Shown here piece after piece: positions 28,811 through 37,372 of a DNA stretch of 64,000 nt (its first letter is position 1; each line of letters opens with the position of its first letter). Location of the stretch: contig JABIDK010000014.1 of the NCBI GenBank assembly GCA_018651725.1, positions 6,625 through 70,624 on the forward strand, in the 5' to 3' direction. The position numbers and the translations under genes were made by a program. The notes below the pieces were generated by a model that worked only from the letters and a program-made list of their open reading frames with translations, had not been told where the DNA came from and did not search any database. The stretch is from Candidatus Falkowbacteria bacterium (GTDB taxonomy: Bacteria > Patescibacteriota > Patescibacteriia > JAACEG01).

Positions 28811-28900
28811 AGAATTAGTCAAAAGTCCATAAAGTCCATAAAGTCAAAAGTCACACGACTTTCGACTTTATGGACTTTTGACTTTCGACTGCATTATAGC
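28811..28900. repeat. GACTTT(T/A) heptamer array arranged as a ~28-bp-arm inverted repeat between smc and tRNA-Glu
   Basis: agtcaaaagtccataaagtccataaagtcaaaagtc ACACG gactttcgactttatggacttttgactttcgac; seen directly. Confidence 0.6.
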
Positions 28901-28906
28901 AAGGTA

Positions 28907-28935
28907 TTGACAATATGGCAATTGTGTATTAAAAT
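28907..28935 (+). promoter_or_regulatory. Sigma70-like promoter for tRNA-Glu (TTGACA-17-TAAAAT)
   Basis: TTGACA 28907-28912, 17-nt spacer, TAAAAT 28930-28935, ~60 nt upstream of tRNA. Confidence 0.5.
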
Positions 28936-28998
28936 GTGGTTATTGAATTGCCAAAAGGCCGTTCATTTTTTATCTAGATTTTTTGTTTAAACGACGAT

Positions 28999-29073
28999 GG
29001 CCCCATCGTCTAGTGGTTAGGACATCAGGTTTTCATCCTGAAAACAGGGGTTCGATTCCCCTTGGGGCTACCA
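28999..29073 (+). tRNA. tRNA-Glu (anticodon TTC), CCA encoded
   Basis: Acceptor GGCCCCA, D-arm GTCTAGTGGTTAGGAC, anticodon stem-loop TCAGG-TTTTCAT-CCTGA, T-arm AGGGGTTCGATTCCCCT, 3' GGGGCTACCA. Confidence 0.9.
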
Positions 29074-29144
29074 ATTTAAAAAGGTTCTCAACCAAAGGTT
29101 GACCAGCCTCTAGCTGGGATTCCCCTTGGAGTTATGACAAACAT

Positions 29145-29168
29145 AAAACCGCCAATAATGGCGGTTTT
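29145..29168. terminator. Bidirectional intrinsic terminator (AAAACCGCCA-ATAA-TGGCGGTTTT)
   Basis: Perfect 10-bp hairpin with A-run/T-run both sides; between tRNA-Glu (+) and minus gene 29202..30221. Confidence 0.7.
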
Positions 29169-29201
29169 ATTATGTTTAATTTGATAAATAACAAATTACC
29201 C

Positions 29202-30221
29202 TCAATGAACAACTCTCCCAATTTCTGATTGTGTGTCGGGTAAATCATGCTTCTTTTCATATTCTTTTAAAGCATCTTGTATTTCAAAAACATTACCATT
29301 ATGCTCATTCATGTCTATTCCATATTTTTTTGCCACCCCATACATTTTTAAAGCTGTTTTAATATTATTAATATCTCTTATATTTATTGAGTCCGCGTCT
29401 CCAAAATTCAAACCAAATTCTTCCATTCTGTCATCCAGCTCTTTTGCCTCTATAATTAACTCGGCATCGCTGCCTGGGTATGTGCCAAAACCGGTCCATC
29501 TTTTTCTTGCAGCATTATGTATATTATTTGCAGAAACACCTCTTTCTGTTAACCCAATAATTCCAGCTGCTATGTTAACTCTCTCTTCTTCTTCTTTAGC
29601 TTTTACTTCCTCAATACTGTCTCTTACCTCGTTATTGCTCATACCTTTAGAATTTATTCCTCGCAACTCAGCCTCTTTGATTAATTCATGCTCTCTTATG
29701 GTATTTTGTAGTTCTCTTCTTGTTTTACCGGAAACATCAATGTTATTTTTAGCAGCATATTTAATTTCATCAATATACCGATAGAAGCTCTTTAACTCGT
29801 CAAATGCCTTATCGTAAAAATTAGTATTTGATTCATATTGTACTGGTTTTCCTTGCTCTCTAAACACTCCTCTCATTTCTTTTTTTTCGTCATCTGTTTC
29901 AGCTGATTCATAATCTTTATTGGTTACTCGTATATCTCTTCGATCTTTCAGTTTTGACAAAAAATTTTCAGTTAAATGTATCTGCACATCTAGCAATATT
30001 TTGTCTTGCTCGGCTTCCTCCATATTTTTAGTAATGAAATCCAATATTTCTTTTTTTCTTTTTTCTGTTATGTCTTCCTTGATTATTGAAAATTGGCTAT
30101 TGAACATGCTAGCCATTTCACGAGCTAATTCTTCGTCTTTTATTCGACCAGCGTCTTCAGGAGATGTGTCAATGGTGTTTTTTATAACTTCTTTTGGTGT
30201 AATATTTAATTTTTCTGACAT
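29202..30221 (-). CDS. Hypothetical protein (339 aa, acidic, no recognisable domain)
   Basis: Long ORF with genome-typical codon usage, own terminator. Confidence 0.5.
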   Translation of the reverse strand: MSEKLNITPKEVIKNTIDTSPEDAGRIKDEELAREMASMFNSQFSIIKEDITEKRKKEILDFITKNMEEAEQDKILLDVQIHLTENFLSKLKDRRDIRVTNKDYESAETDDEKKEMRGVFREQGKPVQYESNTNFYDKAFDELKSFYRYIDEIKYAAKNNIDVSGKTRRELQNTIREHELIKEAELRGINSKGMSNNEVRDSIEEVKAKEEEERVNIAAGIIGLTERGVSANNIHNAARKRWTGFGTYPGSDAELIIEAKELDDRMEEFGLNFGDADSINIRDINNIKTALKMYGVAKKYGIDMNEHNGNVFEIQDALKEYEKKHDLPDTQSEIGRVVH

Positions 30222-30318
30222 ATTTTTTTATTAATAGTTATTATTTTTTATATATAATATTATACCAAGTGATAAAAAAATTGCAATATTTCAGAAAATC
30301 AAAGCCCTAATTTTTTCT

Positions 30319-30348
30319 CAGGTTATTTCATGTGTAGATTGATTAATT
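30319..30348. promoter_or_regulatory. Palindromic operator-like site CATGTGTAGAT-tgattaatt-TATCTACATG (plus second palindrome TTGATTAATCA at 30379-30390)
   Basis: Inverted repeats ~100-130 nt upstream of the 29202..30221 gene start. Confidence 0.3.
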
Positions 30349-30488
30349 TATCTACATGCTCAAGTAATCCTCGGGTGCGTTCAGTATGTTGATTAATCAT
30401 TTTTTAATATATTATTTTTTCTTACTATTTTTACTGTCTGTTAAGTTTCCCATGTCTCGAGTTACATCTTAATAATGGCTACAAAAAA

Positions 30489-30529
30489 GAAAAGGAGTGA
30501 CTGAAAAGTCGCTCCTTTTTTGTTTTTTT
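30489..30529. terminator. Bidirectional intrinsic terminator (AAAAGGAGTGAC-tgaaaa-GTCGCTCCTTTTTTGTTTTTTT)
   Basis: Hairpin with G:U wobble, flanked by A-run and long T-run; directly downstream of the 30537..30752 gene. Confidence 0.65.
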
Positions 30530-30536
30530 AGGCAGA

Positions 30537-30752
30537 TTAGCCACACGAGTCGCTTGGATCGTTAGCCTCACAAATTTTGCATATTATATTATACACTATC
30601 ACCTTTCGTGGTTCCTGTGTTAGCCCCCATGTTTCGTTTTTTCTTTTCTCGCACTGAATTAAAAATTGACACCCAATACATGATTTCCATTTTTCGTTAA
30701 GCTTACAGCCAATTATTTTTTTACATCTTCTACAATACATTAGGCTGTCCAT
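30537..30752 (-). CDS. Hypothetical small Cys-rich protein (71 aa; CxxC...CxxC...C...CxxC, zinc-ribbon-like)
   Basis: MDSLMYCRRCKKIIGCK...CIGCQFLIQCEK...CKICEAND; own terminator. Confidence 0.45.
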   Translation of the reverse strand: MDSLMYCRRCKKIIGCKLNEKWKSCIGCQFLIQCEKRKNETWGLTQEPRKVIVYNIICKICEANDPSDSCG

Positions 30753-30934
30753 TTTGCCCTCCTTTTTGACGGTTTTTATATATAATATAAGTACCTATAA
30801 AGATCAAACATTTGATTTAGCATAGCAATAATTAGCTAATTGTCAAGGTGAAATTGTTGAATTTAGTAAATTTGCTTTTTTCTTTTTGCTCTGTTAAAAT
30901 AAATAAACATTTAATTTTATTTAATATTTATATT

Positions 30935-31486
30935 ATGGGAGACTTACAAAATCCAAAAACAGAGAGATTAAGTTGGGATGAAACTTTTATGAATTTGGCG
31001 CTTCTTATTTCAGAGAGAACAGCCTGCAAGTTTCATTCAGTTGGAGTTGTTTTTGTTGGTGAAAACCATCGAATTATTTCTTTGGGATATAATGGCCCAA
31101 CCGAAGGAGATTATCATTGTATCGATGTGGGGTGCGCTAAAGTAGACGGTGATCCAAAAACCGGAGAATTAAAAAAGTGTCGAGGAGCACACGCAGAAGT
31201 TAATGGAATTATTAACGCTCAAGATACCAGGCGACTGCGCGGAGCAACAATGTACTCCACCTTAACACCATGTTATGATTGCATGAAGGCGTTAAACAAC
31301 GCTGGGATAAGAGAGATTGTATATTTTAAAGAGTACGAAAGAATAAAAGAAGGCGGAAAAGAAACTGTGAAAGAGGATGAAGTTTGGGATCTAGCCGAAC
31401 GCCGCGGAATAAAAATAAGAAAATACGACGGCAAAACACTTTTAAAAATAGAAGAGCATAATTTATCATGTCCGGGATGCAAATAA
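30935..31486 (+). CDS. dCMP deaminase (cytidine/deoxycytidylate deaminase family, ComEB-like)
   Basis: HAEVNGI zinc-binding His/Glu and PCYDCMKAL PCxxC motifs; ORF-track start 30848 is GTG, first ATG 30935. Confidence 0.85.
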   Translation: MGDLQNPKTERLSWDETFMNLALLISERTACKFHSVGVVFVGENHRIISLGYNGPTEGDYHCIDVGCAKVDGDPKTGELKKCRGAHAEVNGIINAQDTRRLRGATMYSTLTPCYDCMKALNNAGIREIVYFKEYERIKEGGKETVKEDEVWDLAERRGIKIRKYDGKTLLKIEEHNLSCPGCK

Positions 31487-31501
31487 AAATATTTTAAACA
31501 T

Positions 31502-32050
31502 ATGATCTTAGGAATAAAAAAACTTCACGAATTAGTGAAAAAACAAAAATTAGTAGAAAATTTATGTGACCGGGAATTAAACAATCCGGAGGGAGCCGGA
31601 TTTGATTTACGAATGGGTGAGGTTTATGAATTAGAAGGAGATGGATTTCTAGGAGTTGAAGAAAGAGATACGCCCGAAGTAAAATTGGTTGCGAAAGACA
31701 ACCCGGAATTATCTGAGAAAGAAAATAGCTTTGTTTTTGAGCCTGGAAAATATTATTTAATCAAGACAATGGAGAAAGTTAATTTACCAACAACTTTATC
31801 TGGAATAATTTTTCCAAGAACAACATTATTTCGCTCCGGTTTAGGGTTATTCAACGGCATAGTCCAGCCCGGCTACTCCGGAGAACTAACATTCGGAATC
31901 CGTAATTTAGGAAAAAGCAATATTAACGTATCATTCGGCGCACGTGTTGTACATATTACTTTCCAAGAAGTCCTAGGCGAAGGCAATCAATACAAAGGAC
32001 AATGGCAAGGCGGTCGAGTAAGCACTGACGGACAAGAAGTGCAAATTTAA
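31502..32050 (+). CDS. dCTP deaminase-like protein (dUTPase superfamily)
   Basis: C-terminal two-thirds shows dcd/dut-fold pattern (TLFRSGLGLFNGIVQPGYSGELTFGIRNLG); ~50-aa N-terminal extension. Confidence 0.65.
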   Translation: MILGIKKLHELVKKQKLVENLCDRELNNPEGAGFDLRMGEVYELEGDGFLGVEERDTPEVKLVAKDNPELSEKENSFVFEPGKYYLIKTMEKVNLPTTLSGIIFPRTTLFRSGLGLFNGIVQPGYSGELTFGIRNLGKSNINVSFGARVVHITFQEVLGEGNQYKGQWQGGRVSTDGQEVQI

Positions 32051-32156
32051 GCGGAAATATATAAAAAAATGTAAAAAATATCTCGACAAACTCTAAAAAC
32101 ACCTATAAAATGGAGCTAAGAGGGTAAAAAATAAGATTTTTATTTAAAAGTAATTT

Positions 32157-32903
32157 ATGGATTTTTATAACTATTTTAAAATTTACAAGAAAGAACTTAA
32201 AGTTGATCTAGAGAAGGAGTATCAGAAATTATTTAAAAAAGGTGAGATTGACTTTAATTATTTAATTGAAGCTTCGGCTGTTTATTCTTCTAATATTGAA
32301 GGAAACTCAATGGATTTGAATTCTTTTATGAACTCTAAAGGGTTAAAAGTCAAACAAAGGCCTAAAGAATTTGTTGAAATTACAGACTTGGTAAAAGCTT
32401 ACAATTTTTCTCAAAAATATAAATTAACTGAAAGTAATTTTTTAAAAGCTCATAAAATTTTAAGTAAAACTTTTTTGGTTGAATCAAGACAAGGCGTTTA
32501 TCGCGAAGAAAAGGTCGGTGTTTTTGATTCAGGAGGCTTGGTTTATTTGGCAGTAGAACCGGAAAATGTAAAAAAGGCAATGAAAGATTTTTTTCAAATG
32601 ATTAATGATCTTTTTAAAAAAGAAATGACCACAAAAGAAGTATTTTTTTGGGCATCAATTATTCATTTACGCCTAGCTCATATCCATTCTTTCTCCGATG
32701 GTAATGGGCGAATAGCGCGACTTGCTGAAAAATGGTTTTTAGCCTCAAAGCTAGACGGGAGAGCGTGGGGTATTCAATCAGAGAAATATTATAAAGAAAA
32801 CTTAAACCAATATTACAAAAAAATAAATTTAGGAGTAAATTATTATGAGCTTAATTACGATAAGTGCATTCCATTTTTATTAATGCTGCCAAAGGCGTTT
32901 TAA
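32157..32903 (+). CDS. Fic-family protein (AMPylase-type), class II with N-terminal inhibitory motif
   Basis: Fic motif HIHSFSDGNGRIARL (HxFx(D/E)GNGRxxR); N-terminal SSNIEGN matching (S/T)xxxE(G/N) inhibitory helix. Confidence 0.85.
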   Translation: MDFYNYFKIYKKELKVDLEKEYQKLFKKGEIDFNYLIEASAVYSSNIEGNSMDLNSFMNSKGLKVKQRPKEFVEITDLVKAYNFSQKYKLTESNFLKAHKILSKTFLVESRQGVYREEKVGVFDSGGLVYLAVEPENVKKAMKDFFQMINDLFKKEMTTKEVFFWASIIHLRLAHIHSFSDGNGRIARLAEKWFLASKLDGRAWGIQSEKYYKENLNQYYKKINLGVNYYELNYDKCIPFLLMLPKAF

Positions 32904-33017
32904 ATTTACGGTGAACCCCTAAATTAAAAGATAATAAATATAGCTCTTTAAAATAGAATATTTATTGAAGGAATAAACAGGATAGAAAAACAATAACTTT
33001 TACAGGAGGGTTTATTA

Positions 33018-33656
33018 ATGAGTGATAACGAAATTATGGTTGTAAACACAGGAGCATTGTTTGGGGTCTTTAACCCTTGCCCTTTTAATGGGTTTATGGA
33101 TAACAGCATGACTTGTTACGAGCAAAGGATTTTAGATAATTTTGAATGGATGGACAAAGATTTGGCTGAAAAAAATCAAAGATACAAACAGCCGGTTGGA
33201 TATTCAGTTATTTGTAATCCGGAGCTACAAAAGATATTTGTTTATCAAAGATCATCTAAGGATAAAGAATATCCAGAGAAAAGACTCCAAGGCAAATGGT
33301 CGTGCGGTATTGGCGGTCATATTGAAAAAGCAGACTACACTTTTGCTGATCCAATATACGATAGCCTTACAAGGGAACTACTTGAAGAGGTTGAAATAAT
33401 GGGTCGCGAAAAAAAGCCTAAAGTTATTGGTTATATCAATGACGATTCAAACGACGTAGGCAAAGTTCATTTTGGTATTTTGTATGTTGTTGAGACTGAT
33501 GCAGAAGTAGCTAGGCCAAGAGATCCGGAGATCAAACAGGGAGGTATGATTTCAATTGATCGATTTAAAGCAAGATGTTCTTCTTCTCATTTCAAAGTTG
33601 AAAATTGGTCAAAAATTGCGCTAAAACCATTGTTGGAATATTTTGAAAATAAATAA
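33018..33656 (+). CDS. Hypothetical protein, possible divergent Nudix-like hydrolase
   Basis: GGHIE...RELLEEVEI loosely resembles Nudix box GX5EX7REUXEEXGU; SD AGGAGGG upstream; assignment tentative. Confidence 0.35.
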   Translation: MSDNEIMVVNTGALFGVFNPCPFNGFMDNSMTCYEQRILDNFEWMDKDLAEKNQRYKQPVGYSVICNPELQKIFVYQRSSKDKEYPEKRLQGKWSCGIGGHIEKADYTFADPIYDSLTRELLEEVEIMGREKKPKVIGYINDDSNDVGKVHFGILYVVETDAEVARPRDPEIKQGGMISIDRFKARCSSSHFKVENWSKIALKPLLEYFENK

Positions 33657-33678
33657 TTCCTATTCCCTTTCCTTTTAT

Positions 33679-33712
33679 GGGCGAGAGTTCACCTCGCCCC
33701 TTTCAATAAATA
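33679..33712 (+). terminator. Intrinsic terminator (GGGCGAG-agttcac-CTCGCCC) after Nudix-like gene
   Basis: GC hairpin followed by T-rich stretch. Confidence 0.5.
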
Positions 33713-33754
33713 TTTTATTTTTAAAAATAAAATCAAATAACTAACAACAATTTT

Positions 33755-34744
33755 ATGCATCCAGAATATCAATATCTTAATTTATTAAAAGACATTAAAG
33801 AGAATGGTTCTGATAAGAAGCTTTTTTTTACTCCTGAGGTTTTGGCTGAGTATGAAAAAAAGGAACAGGAACCACCCTGTATTCGATCTGTCTTTGGTAG
33901 GCAGATCCGGTTTGATTTGTCGCAAGGGTTTCCGCTTTTGACTACTAAAAAAACTTTTTTGCGTGGAATCATTGTGGAGCTTTTGTGGTTTTTGAAAGGA
34001 GATTCTAATATAAAATATTTAATAGATAATAATATCCATATTTGGAACGAGTGGACTTGGAAAGTTTATCATAAACATTGTTTGAAAAATGATCCTGAGA
34101 AAGATTTAACACAAGAAGATTTCATTGCGAAAATAAAAGAACTTCCGGAAACAGATGAGTTTGTTGTAAAATGGGGAGATTTAAAAGGTGTTTACGGAAG
34201 ACAGTGGCGAAGATGGCCGGCTTCTGATGGGCGAGAAATCGATCAGCTTGGTTGGGTGATCGAAGGATTGAAAACAAAACCATATCGAAAAAGTTATATG
34301 GTCTCAGCTTGGAACCCTGATTTTATTTATGCAATGGCCTCTCCCGGAAATGCTACCGAAGCGCCACCGGCTTGTCACACAGTTTTTCAATTAGCCGTTG
34401 TGAACGATAAATTAAATTTAGGACTTTACCAAAGAAGCGCCGACGCCTTTTTGGGAGTTCCTTTTAATATCGCCAGTTACGCACTTTTGCTTCAAATGAT
34501 TTCACAGGTTGTTGGAATTCCAGCCGGAGAGTTTGTTCATACCTTTGGGGATGTGCATTATTACTCAAACCATTTAGACGCTATCAACGAACAATTAAAG
34601 CGAGAACCAAAACCGTTTCCAACAATGAAGTTAAACAAAGATATAAAAAATATAGACGATTTTAAATACGAAGATTTTACTCTGGAAAATTATGAATATC
34701 ATTCTCCTTTACGAGCGGAAATCGCTAATATAGGAGGGTTTTAA
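33755..34744 (+). CDS. thyA: Thymidylate synthase (ThyA, long-form with insertions)
   Basis: PPCHTVFQ active-site Cys region, YQRSADAFLGVPFNIASYALL, C-terminal DDFKYEDF; 329 aa. Confidence 0.95.
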   Translation: MHPEYQYLNLLKDIKENGSDKKLFFTPEVLAEYEKKEQEPPCIRSVFGRQIRFDLSQGFPLLTTKKTFLRGIIVELLWFLKGDSNIKYLIDNNIHIWNEWTWKVYHKHCLKNDPEKDLTQEDFIAKIKELPETDEFVVKWGDLKGVYGRQWRRWPASDGREIDQLGWVIEGLKTKPYRKSYMVSAWNPDFIYAMASPGNATEAPPACHTVFQLAVVNDKLNLGLYQRSADAFLGVPFNIASYALLLQMISQVVGIPAGEFVHTFGDVHYYSNHLDAINEQLKREPKPFPTMKLNKDIKNIDDFKYEDFTLENYEYHSPLRAEIANIGGF

Positions 34745-34747
34745 AAT

Positions 34748-35218
34748 ATGTTATCAATTATTTGTGTAATCGGAAAAAATCGAGAAATAGGTTTTCAAAA
34801 TAAACTTCTTTGGGATATTCCTGAAGATATGAAGCATTTCAAAGATGTTACTTTTGGGTGTACTGTGATTATGGGAGATAAGACTTTTGAGTCAATTGGA
34901 AAGGCTCTTCCGGGACGAAAAAATATTATTGTTACTCGAGATGAAAATTATAAAGCTGAAGGTTGTGAAGTGAGCAACTCCTTGGAAGATACACTTACTT
35001 GGGCAAAAGAACAAGACAAAGAAATTTTTGTTATTGGCGGGGGGCAGATTTATAAACAATCATTACCTTGGGCAGATAAATTATATTTGACTTTAGTTGA
35101 GGACGCTCCGGAGGCCGATACTTTTTTCCCGGATTTCTCAGGGTTTAAAGAAATAAAAAGCAGTGAGCAAAAAGAACACAATAAAATTAAATTTAGATTT
35201 GTGGAGTATGAAAAATAA
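34748..35218 (+). CDS. folA: Dihydrofolate reductase
   Basis: MLSIICVIGKNREIG...LWDIPEDMKHFK...VIMG...IIVTR...FVIGGGQIY pattern; SD GGAGGG. Confidence 0.9.
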   Translation: MLSIICVIGKNREIGFQNKLLWDIPEDMKHFKDVTFGCTVIMGDKTFESIGKALPGRKNIIVTRDENYKAEGCEVSNSLEDTLTWAKEQDKEIFVIGGGQIYKQSLPWADKLYLTLVEDAPEADTFFPDFSGFKEIKSSEQKEHNKIKFRFVEYEK

Positions 35219-35768
35219 AAAAATATTTGCCGTGGTAGGTATGACCGGCTCAGGCAAAACAGAGGTGGTTAAATATCTGCAGAAGAAACTTGATTGCGGA
35301 AAAATTTATTTTGGAGAAATTACTTTTGAGCGAATGAAAAGAGAAAAGATTGAGGTAAGCTATAAAAATGAACAGATTATGAGAGAAAAAATAAGAGCTG
35401 AAAAAGGAATGGGAGCTTACGCAGAGTTATCTTTATTAAAAATAAAAAAAGCTTTAAAAGAAAATGATGTAGTTGTTGTTGAAAGTTTATATAGTTGGAG
35501 TGAATATAAAATTATTAAAGAAAAATATCCAAATAATTTTCAGGTAATTGCAGTGCATGCCTCACCAAAGATAAGATTTTTACGTTTAAAAAATAGAAAA
35601 AACGAAAGACCAATGAAAACCAGAAAAGAATTTATTACCAGAGACTTTAGTGAAATTGAAAATATAGAAAAAGGTGGACCAATCGCCAGGGCTGATTATA
35701 TGATAGTTAATGAAGGAAGTTTAAAAAAGCTGTACGCAGAACTTGATAAAATCTTATGTCTTACGTGA
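35208..35768 (+). CDS. P-loop nucleoside/nucleotide kinase (dNMP-kinase or CoaE-like), overlaps folA 3' end by 11 nt
   Basis: Walker A VGMTGSGKTE at N-terminus, ~186 aa; first ATG 35208 with GGAG upstream. Confidence 0.5.
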   Translation: MKNKKIFAVVGMTGSGKTEVVKYLQKKLDCGKIYFGEITFERMKREKIEVSYKNEQIMREKIRAEKGMGAYAELSLLKIKKALKENDVVVVESLYSWSEYKIIKEKYPNNFQVIAVHASPKIRFLRLKNRKNERPMKTRKEFITRDFSEIENIEKGGPIARADYMIVNEGSLKKLYAELDKILCLT

Positions 35769-35786
35769 AGAGATAAAAAAATTTCT

Positions 35787-35818
35787 AAGGTTGCCGAAAG
35801 GGCAACCTTATTTCTTGT
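35787..35818 (+). terminator. Intrinsic terminator (AAGGTTGCC-gaaa-GGGCAACCTT + T-rich)
   Basis: Perfect 9-bp hairpin after thyA-folA-kinase operon. Confidence 0.6.
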
Positions 35819-35849
35819 CAGCTTATTTTTAATGTGATAGTCTCAAAAT

Positions 35850-37367
35850 ATGAAATACGATGTAATTATTGGGATGGAAATTCATGCCCAATTAAAAACT
35901 AAATCCAAGATGTTTTGCAACACATCTAATAACGGCGAGAACATGGCGCCGAATACCGCTATTTGTGAGGTTTGTACCGGTCAGCCCGGGACTTTGCCGG
36001 TAATTAATATGCAGGCAATTGAGTGGACGGTTTTAACCGGTCTGGCTTTGGATTGTCAGATTGCCGAGCAAACTAAGTTTGATAGAAAAAATTATTTTTA
36101 TCCGGACTTGCCAAAAGGTTATCAAATTTCACAGTACGATCAGCCTATTTCTTTTGATGGTTTTCTTGAAATAAATGAACAAAAAATTAAAGTAATCAGA
36201 ATTCACTTGGAAGAAGATACCGGCAAACTTTTGCATCCGGAAAATACTAACTATAGTTTAGTTGACTACAATCGAGCCGGTACGCCTTTAATGGAGCTTG
36301 TAACTGCCCCGGATATAAAAAGCGCTGAAACAGCTAAGAAATTTTGCCAAGAGTACCAAAAAATACTTCGTTATTTAGATGTGTCTGATGCAAATATGGA
36401 GAAAGGGCAGATGCGTTGTGAGGCTAATATATCCCTGCAAGAAAAAGGAGCATGGGAGCGAAAAGGTGATGAAATAGTTCCGAAGAAAGGTTGTAAGTTA
36501 AACGCTAAAATTGAACTTAAAAATATAAACTCTTTCAAAGCAATGGAGCGAGCCGTGAACTATGAAATAAAAAGACAGACAAAAGTTTTAGACGAAGGAG
36601 GAGAATTATTGCAGGAAACAAGAGGGTGGAACGATGCTAGCGGGAAAACCTATCATCAAAGAATTAAAGAATCAGCTCATGACTATCGCTATTTTCCGGA
36701 GCCTGATTTGCCACCGCTTGATTTAAAAGAAACAAAAGAAAAAATAAAGAAAGACCTACCTGAGCTTCCGCAAGAAAAAGTAAAAAGGTTTGTCGAAGAG
36801 TATGGCTTTATTAAAACGAACGCTGAGTTGATTGCTGAAAATAAAGATTTAGCAAATTATGTTGAGAAGGTTATTTCAGAGTTAAAAGCCTGGCTTGTAT
36901 CTTTACCGGAAGTTGAAGGTAGTAACGATGAAATTTTTGAACAAAATAAAAAGAAAATCGCTAAATTGGTTTCCAATTGGCTTATAAATAAACTCGGAGG
37001 TTTAATGAGAAATGGAGATGACTTGAAATCAAAAATTACCCCGGAAAATTTTGCTGAATTTTTGACTTTAATTCATCAAAATAAAATCAACGCAACCTCT
37101 GGAATGAAAATTTTGGAGATAATGTTTAACAAAGGCGAAGACCCATCACAAATTTTAGAAGAAGGAGACTTTGATCAAATTGAAGACAATTCTGTTTTAG
37201 ATAAAGCTATTAAAAAAGCTATTGCAGACAACCCAAAAGCAGTTGAAGAGTATAAAGGAGGAAAGTTAAATGCTATCCAATTTCTAGTGGGTCAAGTAAT
37301 GAAAGAAACAAAAGGAAAAGCCCAACCACAGACCGTCAAGGGAATATTAGAAGATAAATTAAAATAA
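35850..37367 (+). CDS. gatB: Asp/Glu-tRNA(Asn/Gln) amidotransferase subunit B
   Basis: MKYDVIIGMEIHAQL N-terminus, GatB cradle domain and C-terminal YqeY-like domain, 505 aa. Confidence 0.95.
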   Translation: MKYDVIIGMEIHAQLKTKSKMFCNTSNNGENMAPNTAICEVCTGQPGTLPVINMQAIEWTVLTGLALDCQIAEQTKFDRKNYFYPDLPKGYQISQYDQPISFDGFLEINEQKIKVIRIHLEEDTGKLLHPENTNYSLVDYNRAGTPLMELVTAPDIKSAETAKKFCQEYQKILRYLDVSDANMEKGQMRCEANISLQEKGAWERKGDEIVPKKGCKLNAKIELKNINSFKAMERAVNYEIKRQTKVLDEGGELLQETRGWNDASGKTYHQRIKESAHDYRYFPEPDLPPLDLKETKEKIKKDLPELPQEKVKRFVEEYGFIKTNAELIAENKDLANYVEKVISELKAWLVSLPEVEGSNDEIFEQNKKKIAKLVSNWLINKLGGLMRNGDDLKSKITPENFAEFLTLIHQNKINATSGMKILEIMFNKGEDPSQILEEGDFDQIEDNSVLDKAIKKAIADNPKAVEEYKGGKLNAIQFLVGQVMKETKGKAQPQTVKGILEDKLK

Positions 37368-37372
37368 AAAAT

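Noticed and set aside
28811-28900. CRISPR array or IS terminal inverted repeats
   Set aside because: Repeat units are 7 nt without unique spacers; no transposase ORF; interpreted as regulatory heptamer array
29233-30234. Plus-strand ORFs 29233..29784 and 29920..30234
   Set aside because: Antisense within the 339-aa hypothetical gene; S/L/F-rich composition typical of artifacts
33755-34744. ThyA length (329 aa) as sign of fusion or insertion element
   Set aside because: Insertions match positions of known long-form (Lactobacillus/eukaryote-type) thymidylate synthases; not anomalous
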